Of a DNA stretch of 59,362 nucleotides, positions 1 through 11,820 are shown in pieces (position 1 is the first letter of the stretch; each line of letters begins with the position of its first letter). The notes beneath the pieces were generated by a model that saw nothing but the letters and a program-made list of their open reading frames with translations, was not told where the DNA came from and ran no database searches. The position numbers were made by a program, and so were the translations under genes. The stretch spans positions 1-59,362 of the forward strand of contig CAYPIF010000025.1 in the NCBI GenBank assembly GCA_964410735.1. The letters run 5' to 3'. The stretch comes from an uncultured Thermoplasmatales archaeon. GTDB lineage: Archaea > Thermoplasmatota > E2 > DHVEG-1.

Positions 1-169
1 CATAAATTCTCCTAATGATCTAATCATATTTATAGTTGGTTGTGACCACAACATTTCGTTATACTTGACCGCATCCTAACTCAACCAAAAAAAAACATCA
101 ATCAAAACGAAATATAAATACAATGACTAAAGATCAAAAAAAGACTATTCTCATACTTTATATACAATA

Positions 170-250
170 AATTATCACAAATAAGATAATATAAGAACAT
201 AGTTTTTTATAGAAAAATTTAATATAGATATTTGTGATAATTATTTATCA
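170..250. promoter_or_regulatory. Candidate operator upstream of katG (14-bp inverted repeat plus Fur/PerR-like palindrome)
   Basis: AATTATCACAAATA (170-183) and TATTTGTGATAATT (229-242) are exact reverse complements; TGATAA-TTAT-TTATCA at 235-250. Confidence 0.4.
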
Positions 251-428
251 TTTGGGTGAGGAAATAAGTTGACTGACATGGAACATCAAAAGAAGAGGGA
301 CTACCTTCCATTTCAGTATATACTATCATCTTGGTCAAATGAATCAATTGAAGCGCTTTTTATAAAAAGTGCACGACGACGCAATATCTTCCCTAATAAC
401 AACTCCAAAAAGTAGAGGAGAAAATTAA

Positions 429-2630
<2,202 letters not shown>

Positions 2631-2759
2631 TAATTTCGATATTCCTCTTATTAATACAAGGGGTTTACGAGCTGATGAATTGTGCCTAATAGTTTAAGGA
2701 TAGGAGTTGAAGAAAAAGAAGAATCGTGATCTTGATTACAACGTGGGGTTGTTATTGAT

Positions 2760-3134
2760 ATGTTGAAAAGTGTCTATGTTGCCATTGGTACTATTTCTCT
2801 TGTTATTGGTATAGTAGGAGTTGTTGTACCGTTGCTTCCAACCACCCCATTTTTACTTCTTTCTGCAGGATGTTACGCAAAAGGTTCTGAAAGGGTATAT
2901 CGTTGGTTTATCAATATTAGATGGATAGGCAAAAATATTCAGAATTACAATGAAGGAAAAGGTATTTCAGTTCGAGGAAAAATCATTTCAATATTGTTTT
3001 TGTGGACTACAATCATCATTTCAATGTTTGTTATATGGTCTAATTTCTTTGTACAAGTGTTATTGTTTGTTATCGCTGTAAGTGTGACTTACCATATTCT
3101 TAGCTTAAAGACAATGAAGAACGAGTTATGTTAA
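2760..3134 (+). CDS. YbaN/DUF454 family membrane protein
   Basis: GVVVPLLPTTPFLLLSAGCYAKGS signature. Confidence 0.9.
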   Translation: MLKSVYVAIGTISLVIGIVGVVVPLLPTTPFLLLSAGCYAKGSERVYRWFINIRWIGKNIQNYNEGKGISVRGKIISILFLWTTIIISMFVIWSNFFVQVLLFVIAVSVTYHILSLKTMKNELC

Positions 3135-3277
3135 AAAATGGATTATGTTTTTTCATTGATGAATTCATACTCAGATTACAAATCGAGATATTTTTTGAGA
3201 AAACAGTTATTCATAAAACTTGTAGTAAATTCTATTAGATAGATTTATTACCAATTGTATACTATATTTTTCTAAAT

Positions 3278-4261
3278 ATGAGGAATTATGGGAAACCGAG
3301 AATTGTAATCAGTAAATGCATTGAATTTGAATATTGTAGGTATAATGGTCAGATAATCCGAAATGAGTTTGTTGATAGAATTAAATCATATGTTGATTTT
3401 ATTCCAATTTTTCCAGAATATGAAATTGGTTTAGGCGTTCCTCGAGAGCCCATTCGAATAATTGAAAGAGAAAAGCAGAGATATCTTGTACAACCTTCAA
3501 GTGGAAAGGACTGCACCGAGAACATGCAAGAGTTTTCACAACGGTTTCTAAGTAATCTAAATGATATTGATGGGTTTTTATTGAAATCCCAGTCTCCATC
3601 TTGTGGTATAAAGGATGTGAAAATATATCCAAGAGAACAGAATAGTGCTCCCGTATACCGTGACAGTGGTTTTTTCGGTAAGCAGGTATTAGAATTGTAT
3701 CCATATCTTGCGATTGAAGATGAAGCACGATTGAGAAATAATGGTATCAAGGAACATTTTCTCAAGAAGATTTTTACATTTGCTCGTTTCAGACAAATTA
3801 AAGATACACGAAAAATACATGATATGATTCAATTTCATACGGAGAACAAATTATTATTCATGTCCTATAGTCAAAAGTATCTTAAAGAGATGGGAAGAGT
3901 TCTCTCAAATCAAAAAGATATACCCTTGCAACAACTAAAAGAAGCGTATCAAACATTTCTTTTTAAAATGTTTTTAAGACCACCAAGATGCAACTCAAAT
4001 ATTAATATCCTCCAGCATGCATTTGGATATGTTTCAGATCATCTTCACCAAAATGAAAAACAACTTTTTCTTAAAACAATTAACGAATACTCGAATAATA
4101 CATCATCTCTTGAGATTCCCGTTGCCCTCTTGAAATCATGGATCATTCGGTTTCAGGAACCCTATCTACAGAAACAAACCTTTTTTGAACCGTATCCTCC
4201 TGAGCTTCATACTGCAGAATCCGTTCAGATTTGCCCGTCTAAAGATTATTGGAAATCATAA
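3278..4261 (+). CDS. DUF523 (TudS-like)-DUF1722 (YbgA) fusion protein
   Basis: ISKC...RYNG, PEYEIGLGVPREPIR, KSQSPSCG, FHTENKLLFMS, YLQKQTFFEPYP; adjacent to photolyase. Confidence 0.9.
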   Translation: MRNYGKPRIVISKCIEFEYCRYNGQIIRNEFVDRIKSYVDFIPIFPEYEIGLGVPREPIRIIEREKQRYLVQPSSGKDCTENMQEFSQRFLSNLNDIDGFLLKSQSPSCGIKDVKIYPREQNSAPVYRDSGFFGKQVLELYPYLAIEDEARLRNNGIKEHFLKKIFTFARFRQIKDTRKIHDMIQFHTENKLLFMSYSQKYLKEMGRVLSNQKDIPLQQLKEAYQTFLFKMFLRPPRCNSNINILQHAFGYVSDHLHQNEKQLFLKTINEYSNNTSSLEIPVALLKSWIIRFQEPYLQKQTFFEPYPPELHTAESVQICPSKDYWKS

Positions 4262-4295
4262 AATTAAAACATGTAATTGCAACTGTTATGGGATT

Positions 4296-5630
4296 ATGAT
4301 TGAAAATCAACGCATTAAACGATTGAATAGCAACACATTCCAGAAAAGGAAGTATATTCTTTATTGGATGCAAGCATCACAACGGACGAAAAACAATCAT
4401 GCACTGGACTATAGCATTGAGTTAGCAAATAGATATCAAAAGCCTCTTGTCGTCTTTCTTGGTTTAACAGATACATTTCCTGATGCAAATCTACGTCATT
4501 ATCATTTCATGGTACAAGGGTTAAAAGAGATTGAAGAATCTTTAGAAAACAAACAGATACAGTTCATAATAAAAAAGATATCACCTGAAAAAGGGATCAT
4601 ACCGCTTGCGAAAGATGCTTGTGTTGTGATAGGTGACCAGGGATATCTGAGGATACAACGTCAGTGGCGTAAACAAGTAGCAGAAGAGATCACGTGTCCA
4701 TTCATCCAGGTTGAAAGTAATATCATTGTACCAGTTGAGGAAGCATCACATAAAGAGGAGTATGCTGCGTATACATTACGACCAAAAGTAATGTGGAAAT
4801 TCATTGATTATGTAAAGCAAAATGAAGACTCTAAGCCGATAAAAGATTCTTTAAAGTTTGATTTTGAATCGGAGGTCATCAGCAATGTTGATACTTTTTT
4901 GAAAGATATGAACATTGATACATCAGTGAAACCAGTTGAGGGTTTTGTTGGTGGTGAAAAACAAGCTGAGGCTTTATTGAAAGATTTTATTTCACACAAA
5001 CTTGATACATATGGCAGTTTGAAGAATGATCCGAATAATGAATACACTTCACATCTGAGCCCGTATCTGCATTTTGGACAGATTTCTCCATCATATATAA
5101 TGTCGGAAATTTACAAAAAAGAGGGGTATGGACAATATATTGAGGAACTCCTTGTTCGAAGGGAGCTAGCGATTAATTTTGTCTACTATAATACGATGTA
5201 CGACTCTTTTAAAGGTCTTCCATCTTGGGCTTTGGAGACCTTGCAGAAGCATAGGAATGACAGACGGCAATATCTGTATATTATCGAAGAATTTGAACAA
5301 GCTAATACGCACGACCCATATTGGAATGCAGCTCAAAGGCAAATGATTCAAACTGGTTATATGCATGGGTATATGCGGATGTACTGGGGTAAAAAGATTT
5401 TGGAATGGACAAAAACACCAGAGGACGCATTTGACATTGCGTTATATTTGAATAACAAATATGAGCTTGATGGACGGGATCCAAATGGGTATGCTGGTGT
5501 TGCATGGTGTTTCGGTAAGCATGACAGACCATGGAAAGAGAGACAGATATTTGGAAAAGTTCGATATATGAATGCGAAAGGCCTAGAAAGAAAATTTGAT
5601 ATTGAAACCTATTCAAATCGATTCGATTAG
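4296..5630 (+). CDS. phr: Class II CPD DNA photolyase
   Basis: YWMQASQR..NHAL, SHLSPYLHFGQIS, MHGYMRMYWGKKILEW, ELDGRDPNGYAG; start moved to ATG 4296. Confidence 0.95.
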   Translation: MIENQRIKRLNSNTFQKRKYILYWMQASQRTKNNHALDYSIELANRYQKPLVVFLGLTDTFPDANLRHYHFMVQGLKEIEESLENKQIQFIIKKISPEKGIIPLAKDACVVIGDQGYLRIQRQWRKQVAEEITCPFIQVESNIIVPVEEASHKEEYAAYTLRPKVMWKFIDYVKQNEDSKPIKDSLKFDFESEVISNVDTFLKDMNIDTSVKPVEGFVGGEKQAEALLKDFISHKLDTYGSLKNDPNNEYTSHLSPYLHFGQISPSYIMSEIYKKEGYGQYIEELLVRRELAINFVYYNTMYDSFKGLPSWALETLQKHRNDRRQYLYIIEEFEQANTHDPYWNAAQRQMIQTGYMHGYMRMYWGKKILEWTKTPEDAFDIALYLNNKYELDGRDPNGYAGVAWCFGKHDRPWKERQIFGKVRYMNAKGLERKFDIETYSNRFD

Positions 5631-5656
5631 AATTATCAAGGATTACAATGACAATA

Positions 5657-6067
5657 TTACCGATAAAAATGGCCTAATTTTTCATCGATATCCACAGCAA
5701 TCTTATTGATCTGAGTGAAAATTCTATCGATATCCAATAAGACCTCTTCAACGCTCTTCTGAACACTTGAGGAACGCAATCGATATCGATTGTTTTCTTT
5801 TACTATTAAACCTGTTTGAATGAAATTGTTGATATGATGAACAACTGATCCACGGGAGATAGTAAGCTCATCCGCGATATCATCACTAGTTAACCCTTCT
5901 GAATTTGAACAACATTCTTTTACAAAGAGTCGGAAGATCTTTCCTGCAGTATCCTGTTTATCCCTTAGAGTGAAATACCCAAAGGACTTGCATATGAAAT
6001 CGATATCATCATCGAGACTTCCTGGAGCGGGAGATCTTACCTTTTTCACTGTTATCGATTGAGTCAT
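5657..6067 (-). CDS. Winged-helix (ArsR-like) transcriptional regulator
   Basis: GLTSDDIADELTISRGSVVHHINNFIQTGLIVKENNRYRL HTH plus wing; divergent from Hsp20. Confidence 0.8.
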   Translation of the reverse strand: MTQSITVKKVRSPAPGSLDDDIDFICKSFGYFTLRDKQDTAGKIFRLFVKECCSNSEGLTSDDIADELTISRGSVVHHINNFIQTGLIVKENNRYRLRSSSVQKSVEEVLLDIDRIFTQINKIAVDIDEKLGHFYR

Positions 6068-6110
6068 GACAGTTCTATGTAATGATCTGTAACATATTTA
6101 AATCTTATCA

Positions 6111-6137
6111 ATTTAAATTACTTTAAGTAATCTAAAT
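6111..6137. promoter_or_regulatory. Palindromic operator candidate between regulator and hsp20
   Basis: ATTTAAATTACTT-T-AAGTAATCTAAAT, 12 of 13 arm positions complementary, core ATTAC-N5-GTAAT. Confidence 0.55.
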
Positions 6138-6227
6138 AGTAAATTATTTATATTGTTTATCACATTACAACAAAGAATGAAAAGTTAAAACACTATATGT
6201 CTTGGATAATTGTGGAGGTAAAAGAAT

Positions 6228-6755
6228 ATGGCAATAATAAAAAAAGACAAAGAGAATAAGATAGCCGTAAGACCTTCAGAACAAAAAGGAGAATTAACTC
6301 CAATGAGACCATATGATCTTTGGTCAGAGATGGATCGTATGTTTGACAACTTCAGAACAGGTTTTGATGATCTGTTCTGGCCATTGACGCAGACAAACAG
6401 ATCTCTTTCCACAATGACGCAAAATCGAACACCAGCAATGGATTTTGCAGACCTCGGAGACCATTACGAGATGAAAGTGGAAATGCCTGGGATCCCAAAA
6501 GATAATATTAATATCGAGGTCACACCAAACACCATAGAAATATCCGCTCAATACGATCAAGACAAGGATGAAAAAGATAAAAACTGGTTACGAAGAGAAC
6601 GAAGCAGCGCTCAGTATTATAGGTCTTTAGAGGTCCCAGAGGAACTAAAAACAGATGATGTTGATGCAGAGCTGAAAGATGGAATTCTCACATTAAAACT
6701 ACCGAAAATGGAACCAAAACCAGAACTTCAGCCAAGGAAGATAAAAATAAAATAA
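6228..6755 (+). CDS. Small heat shock protein Hsp20
   Basis: Alpha-crystallin domain (EMPGIPKDNINIEV, RRERS, AELKDGILTLKLPK) and C-terminal IKI motif; GGAGG RBS. Confidence 0.95.
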   Translation: MAIIKKDKENKIAVRPSEQKGELTPMRPYDLWSEMDRMFDNFRTGFDDLFWPLTQTNRSLSTMTQNRTPAMDFADLGDHYEMKVEMPGIPKDNINIEVTPNTIEISAQYDQDKDEKDKNWLRRERSSAQYYRSLEVPEELKTDDVDAELKDGILTLKLPKMEPKPELQPRKIKIK

Positions 6756-7037
6756 AGCGTACAATAAATAAACCCATTCTATTTCTTTATTTCTTTCTAA
6801 ACCAACTTTTTCTTCGATGTATGTGAAGTTGAAATGTTCTTTAGTGTAGATTGAAAAAAATGGATCATTGACTATAGTTTTTTGATGAAACAAATTAATC
6901 ATTTTCATGCACTCATTTAATGAGAAAAACCAGTGGTTCAAATAAAATCGTATTTATGCATACTATTAAGCCCAAAGCTACTATGATAAATCATTCAAAC
7001 GAAAGATGACGTACTAACTCCTTATGAATTAATAGCA

Positions 7038-7871
7038 TCATTCTTTAAAGAGATGTACATCGGTTTGAGGAAACGGTATACTGATACCTTCGGAATCGAA
7101 TGACTCCTTGATCAGTTGTATCAATTCCCGCCTCACAGGCCAGTAATCACTGGTTTTTACCCATGGCCGTATGATGAGGTTGACACTTGAATCGCCTAGT
7201 TCATCTGTAGCGACTAGCGGTGCCGGATCCGAGAGCAGTTTATCATGATTTTTTATAAGATTTGATACGATTTTTATTGCCTTGCCAATGTCATCCCCAT
7301 ATCCAATGCCAACGGTAAGATCTATCATTCGAGTGTTCATAGCAGTATAATTTGTAATGGCATCCCCCCATACTTTTGAATTAGGGATGATGACCTTTTT
7401 GTTATCAACTGTTAATAATGTTGTATTGCTGACACCCACATGTTGAATGCTTCCGGAGTGCCCTGCAGCATCAATATAATCACCGACTTTGAATGGTTTC
7501 GTTAATGCTATCATGAAACCTGCTGCAAGATTCCCGAGCATATCTTGAAACGCAAAACCTATCACAAAGCCAAAGACAACAGAGATGCTTACTAAACCTG
7601 AACCAACATCGATGCCTAATACACTAACCGCTATAAGAAGAATCAGGATAAGCAGTAATATCTTGGATACTCTAGTGACGAATTCGATGAGTAATTTTTC
7701 CATTTTTGCTTTTATCATCGCATGTCGGATATATCTAACAACGAGAGCCACTGCGATATATCCAATAATGAGGATCACTAGTGCAGCAACTACATTTCCA
7801 ACAGTGATATCAGTCATTGGTATCTTTCTTGACAAAAGAGATATTATTCCCTCAAAATCCATAGGTTCCAC
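7038..7871 (-). CDS. Small-conductance mechanosensitive channel (MscS family)
   Basis: GFAFQDMLGNLAAG, KPFKVGDYI, IIPNSKVW, GISIPFPQ. Confidence 0.93.
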   Translation of the reverse strand: MEPMDFEGIISLLSRKIPMTDITVGNVVAALVILIIGYIAVALVVRYIRHAMIKAKMEKLLIEFVTRVSKILLLILILLIAVSVLGIDVGSGLVSISVVFGFVIGFAFQDMLGNLAAGFMIALTKPFKVGDYIDAAGHSGSIQHVGVSNTTLLTVDNKKVIIPNSKVWGDAITNYTAMNTRMIDLTVGIGYGDDIGKAIKIVSNLIKNHDKLLSDPAPLVATDELGDSSVNLIIRPWVKTSDYWPVRRELIQLIKESFDSEGISIPFPQTDVHLFKE

Positions 7872-7994
7872 TCCATTTTACAAAGCAAAAGCATTTTATC
7901 TTACATATAATTTGTTATTTTTATTTGGCATTGAAAAGAAAATGTTATTTTTAATGATGATTAAAGGAGATTTGATTTTTTAATGCATGTTGAT

Positions 7995-8327
7995 TTATTG
8001 TAAAAAGCCTTCCAAAAGATGCTTCATTTTTTTAGTATATGCTTCGAATGCTTCTTTTCCAATTTTTGTGATTTTAAACATAGTGTGTGGTTTTCGTTTT
8101 ATGAATTCTTTTTCAACTTCAATGTATCCTGAATCTTCCAGTTTTTTTGTATGAGTAGCAAGATTTCCCCATGTAAGTCCCGTTTGTCTCAGAAGAAAAA
8201 GAGCATCCATGCTTTCGACAACGTAGAGATTGGCCATAATCTTCATTCTTGCGGGTTCATGGATAATCTTGTCTATCTCGTCTATTGGCAAATCCATTGC
8301 TTTGTTTATTCGGGATCCTTTATTCAT
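7995..8327 (-). CDS. Winged-helix transcriptional regulator
   Basis: IHEPARMKIM, TWGNLATHTKKLEDSGYI, TKIGKEAF; ATG overlaps upstream TGA (ATGA). Confidence 0.85.
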   Translation of the reverse strand: MNKGSRINKAMDLPIDEIDKIIHEPARMKIMANLYVVESMDALFLLRQTGLTWGNLATHTKKLEDSGYIEVEKEFIKRKPHTMFKITKIGKEAFEAYTKKMKHLLEGFLQ

Positions 8328-8949
8328 ATTGAACCGGGCCGTGGAGTTTTTTGTATGAAACGTTTCATGAGTATGATGCCCCATAAGAAAAGCAATAGTG
8401 ATGAGACAAAAAACAGGCTCGTGCTGAGTTCAGGTGAAACGTTCTTCGTTAGCATTCTAAATGGGAACGGTAATCCTACTACTAATCCAACAATATAATA
8501 ACGATCGATTTTAAAGTAGTATGCTGGGATACTAAACAGGAATACGGATCCTGCTACGATGAGTGATGAAAAAAATAATACAGTTATCGTGCTTCTTTGG
8601 ATCTGTTGTAGCAAGCTGTAGATACTAACCACAACTGCTAAGACAACCCATATCATTTGTATCTCAAAAAATTTGATTTTATTTCTTTTCCCTTTTTCTG
8701 AAAGTCTTATGATTCCTCGTCTCGGATTCGTTATGAAAATAACTAAGAGCGGATAGAGTATGATTGCAGGCAATACCGTAATGAATAGGAGTTCTTCAGA
8801 CAGCCCATATCCTAGATCTTCTAGTAACAGCGAAAGGCCAAAGCCAAAAAGTAGTAATCCTATGAGTATATCTGATGCCCCATCATTGAAAAGGGTGCTG
8901 TAGATGCTTTTTTCGATTTTTTCTAAATTCGTTGTTTCTAGTATTTCAT
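8324..8949 (-). pseudogene. Multi-pass membrane protein with 1-nt frameshift right after the start codon
   Basis: Open hydrophobic frame extends to about 8947 (EILETTNLEKIEKSIYSTLFNDG...), but the ATG at 8949 with GGTGA RBS reads ATG AAA TAC TAG. Confidence 0.65.
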
Positions 8950-9331
8950 ATCACCATCAATTAATATGCTGGTAGAAGTTTATATGCTTTTTGTTGAAAA
9001 GTACTTTTTAATAGAAATATATTATTACCAGGTTTACAAAATCTTCAATCAAATGAATTGGACCGTTGCATTCGTATACTTTCAGCAATCTGATTTTCAT
9101 CATTTTATAATATCAACGTAAATTACTAACGAAAACAAGAAAATTGGGAGAGCAGACATCAAAGGGATTCTTTACCAATATTTGATGTTTGAAACTTCGA
9201 CCAAGATTATGTTAGAGGAAAACATCATGAACATATCAAAAAATAAACAAATCGATAAATCTCAATATCTTACAAATGAAGAACTTGCGTTGCTTGCCCT
9301 CCTTCGAAGAAACTAGTCCATTGTCACTATC

Positions 9332-9515
9332 TTAGGTAAACCAACCATTAAATCGTGCAATCGCAATGATCAAAAAAAGAGATACCCGCTATACAATTGA
9401 TCACCATACCAATAATATCATCAGCCAGATAGAAACGAATGCCGCTAATTAAAAACAAAATACCGGGCATCGCAAATAATACTGAATGGATGATATTATT
9501 TTTTACTTTACCCAT
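9332..9515 (-). pseudogene. Small two-helix membrane protein, probable homopolymer frameshift
   Basis: Removing one base from the A7 run at 9372-9378 extends the second TM helix (SFLIIAIARFNGWFT*). Confidence 0.4.
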
Positions 9516-9610
9516 ATTTTTTAGAACATCAAAAGCATATTCAAGCATATTGAATTAAAAATAAATCATATCAAAAATTTCATGTGATCCGTTGCCTATT
9601 TCTAACGATA

Positions 9611-10240
9611 TTACAATCCCACTGTGGTTATCCATGAAGCAAGACCAGTAAGCGCAAATTGAACTGCAATTGCAACGGTAAGAAGACCCATCACCCGTGT
9701 GAACGCGTCCATTCCCTTATTCCCAAGAATCCGAATAATAACTCCTGAACTGGAGAAGATAATATAGGTTATAAAGAGTGTTAATACTATTGAAATAATT
9801 GCAATAAGTATTGAAAACCACCAGGAATATGTGACAGTGAGTGTCCTCATGCTCACTATGGTAACAGTTATAGCACCAGGACCTGAAAGAGATGGCATTG
9901 CCAGCGGAACAAGTGAATAATCCACTTGTTCACCCTTTCCAGGTGTGGTCTCACCAAATTGTTCCCCTCTTCTCACCATATCAAGGCCAACAAAGGACAG
10001 CAGGATACCCCCAGCTATCCGTAATGAATAGATATCAATACCCAGATACTCAAGAATACTCGAACCTGCTATCGCAAAGATGATAAGAAGAATCGAAGCA
10101 TACATAACCGTTCTTTTCGCGGTCAGCATTCGTTCTTTTTTAGAGGATTTACTTGTGATGGCTGAAAAAAGAGCCAATGTTGATGAAGGATTGACGATAA
10201 TGAGAAGGGGGATGAATACTGAGAGGAACACATCAAGCAT
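9611..10240 (-). CDS. MarC family membrane protein
   Basis: IVNP, LRIAGGILL, VPLAMPSLSGPGAI, RVMGLL. Confidence 0.93.
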   Translation of the reverse strand: MLDVFLSVFIPLLIIVNPSSTLALFSAITSKSSKKERMLTAKRTVMYASILLIIFAIAGSSILEYLGIDIYSLRIAGGILLSFVGLDMVRRGEQFGETTPGKGEQVDYSLVPLAMPSLSGPGAITVTIVSMRTLTVTYSWWFSILIAIISIVLTLFITYIIFSSSGVIIRILGNKGMDAFTRVMGLLTVAIAVQFALTGLASWITTVGL

Positions 10241-10584
10241 ATTGGACCACGTATTCCCTGAAATATGACGTAGTACTTTAGGATTATCTTTCTTTTAACC
10301 GAAAATATCATCATTCCATCAAAAAAATATAAAACCACTATATGCATTACTATATTCCGATAAAGGAGGCAAGAGGTAGGTAGGGGAAGATCCTAGAAGA
10401 CATGGGGAAAAGGAGCTGGATGGTGAGGAGAGAATGGATCGTTCTCGATTTTCCCACCCCATTCTTCTTATACATTTCTAATTGCATTGAAATGCTCTTA
10501 ATTCGAATTCTTTGTATGAGAAACACTGTGTTGTAATTTATATAGATAATTAATTAAATGATTGCCTCATGTATTTTTGATACC

Positions 10585-11310
10585 ATGAAATCCATATGTT
10601 CTCTCATCTGTAAATCTTTGATGCTTTGTTTCATAGTATTATTTTGTATTAGTTTGTTTTCTTCATCAGTCATTGCAGATGATTGGGGGCAGGGAACACT
10701 ATATGTTAGCCCATCCTATGGGCCTGGTGGCAGTGAAGTCTATGTAACTGCTTCTATCATGGATGATGTTGAACCAGAATATTGGGACACCTATTATGGT
10801 CTTGAATACAAGATCGTGTGGGACGTTAGGCAAGCGGACATCATTAACCCTAATCTTTGGGGTTGGGAGAACCCAATCGGAACTGCCTATATTGATTATG
10901 AGGGAGGGCTTACTGGCACTGCCACGATCCCAGATGATTCACCGGGAACATATTACATCTATGCTGCCTATCAGCGGTCCAATAGTGATCCGTATCATGT
11001 GTATTGGTGGTCAACATTCACCATTGAAGATGATACGAGTTCAACAGGAGATTATGACAATGATGGGTACCCTGATGAAGTGGATGATTTCCCCCTTGAC
11101 CCCTATGAATGGTTTGATTCGGACTATGATGGTATTGGGGATAACAGTGATCCATACCCCTATGATGCCTATAATGACCCAAGTGCAAATCAAAATCCGT
11201 ATGATTCTACTAATAATGGGAATGATACACCGGGATTTGAAACATCCCTGTTCATCATCATTACCTTTTTATGCATGATACTTGTGAAGACTGTTAATAA
11301 AAGAAAATAA
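10585..11310 (+). CDS. Secreted surface protein with thrombospondin type 3-like Ca-binding repeats and PGF-CTERM
   Basis: Signal peptide; DYDNDGYPDEVDDFP and DSDYDGIGDNSDPYP; TPGFE + TM + KRK tail. Confidence 0.8.
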   Translation: MKSICSLICKSLMLCFIVLFCISLFSSSVIADDWGQGTLYVSPSYGPGGSEVYVTASIMDDVEPEYWDTYYGLEYKIVWDVRQADIINPNLWGWENPIGTAYIDYEGGLTGTATIPDDSPGTYYIYAAYQRSNSDPYHVYWWSTFTIEDDTSSTGDYDNDGYPDEVDDFPLDPYEWFDSDYDGIGDNSDPYPYDAYNDPSANQNPYDSTNNGNDTPGFETSLFIIITFLCMILVKTVNKRK

Positions 11311-11462
11311 AGACTATATCTTATTTTCAGTTCGTTTTTTAGGTTTTTTTGTAAAATATGTTTTTAATTTTTATTATATAAAATTTATTTTTGTTAAAGA
11401 TTATTTTTTAATTTAATAATATTTATATAACAGCATGATTCTTTTAGTCTTTGTGATATAAA

Positions 11463-11711
11463 ATGGTGAGTCTGAAGGATGTAAAAATAAATATTGCAAC
11501 AGCAATCGCAGCAGCATTTGGATTTGTGATAGCGCTGCTATGGAAAGATGTTATCGTCGGTCTGCTTAAACTGACACCTTTTTGGAGTGAAGAAGGATTT
11601 ACCGACCCCACAGGAGCGGTTGTGTCAATAGTTCTCGTATTGATAGTAACAATCATCTGTGTCGTTGGTATAATGTACATCTCTAAATGGGGCGGAATTG
11701 ATAAAAAATAA
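11463..11711 (+). CDS. Small membrane protein (DUF5654-like)
   Basis: AAAFGFVIALLWKDVI, two TM helices. Confidence 0.7.
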   Translation: MVSLKDVKINIATAIAAAFGFVIALLWKDVIVGLLKLTPFWSEEGFTDPTGAVVSIVLVLIVTIICVVGIMYISKWGGIDKK

Positions 11712-11820
11712 GATATCCCAACCCTTTTTTTCTCTTTTTTAATCGATGACCATCTGAACTTTAATAGTGAATTTAGCAGGTGCGAAAGTATTATTAGCCC
11801 ACTATTTTTTAGCATCGATT

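Noticed and set aside
4185-4295. Cys-rich N-terminal extension of the photolyase
   Set aside because: It overlaps the upstream gene; similarity to photolyases begins at ATG 4296
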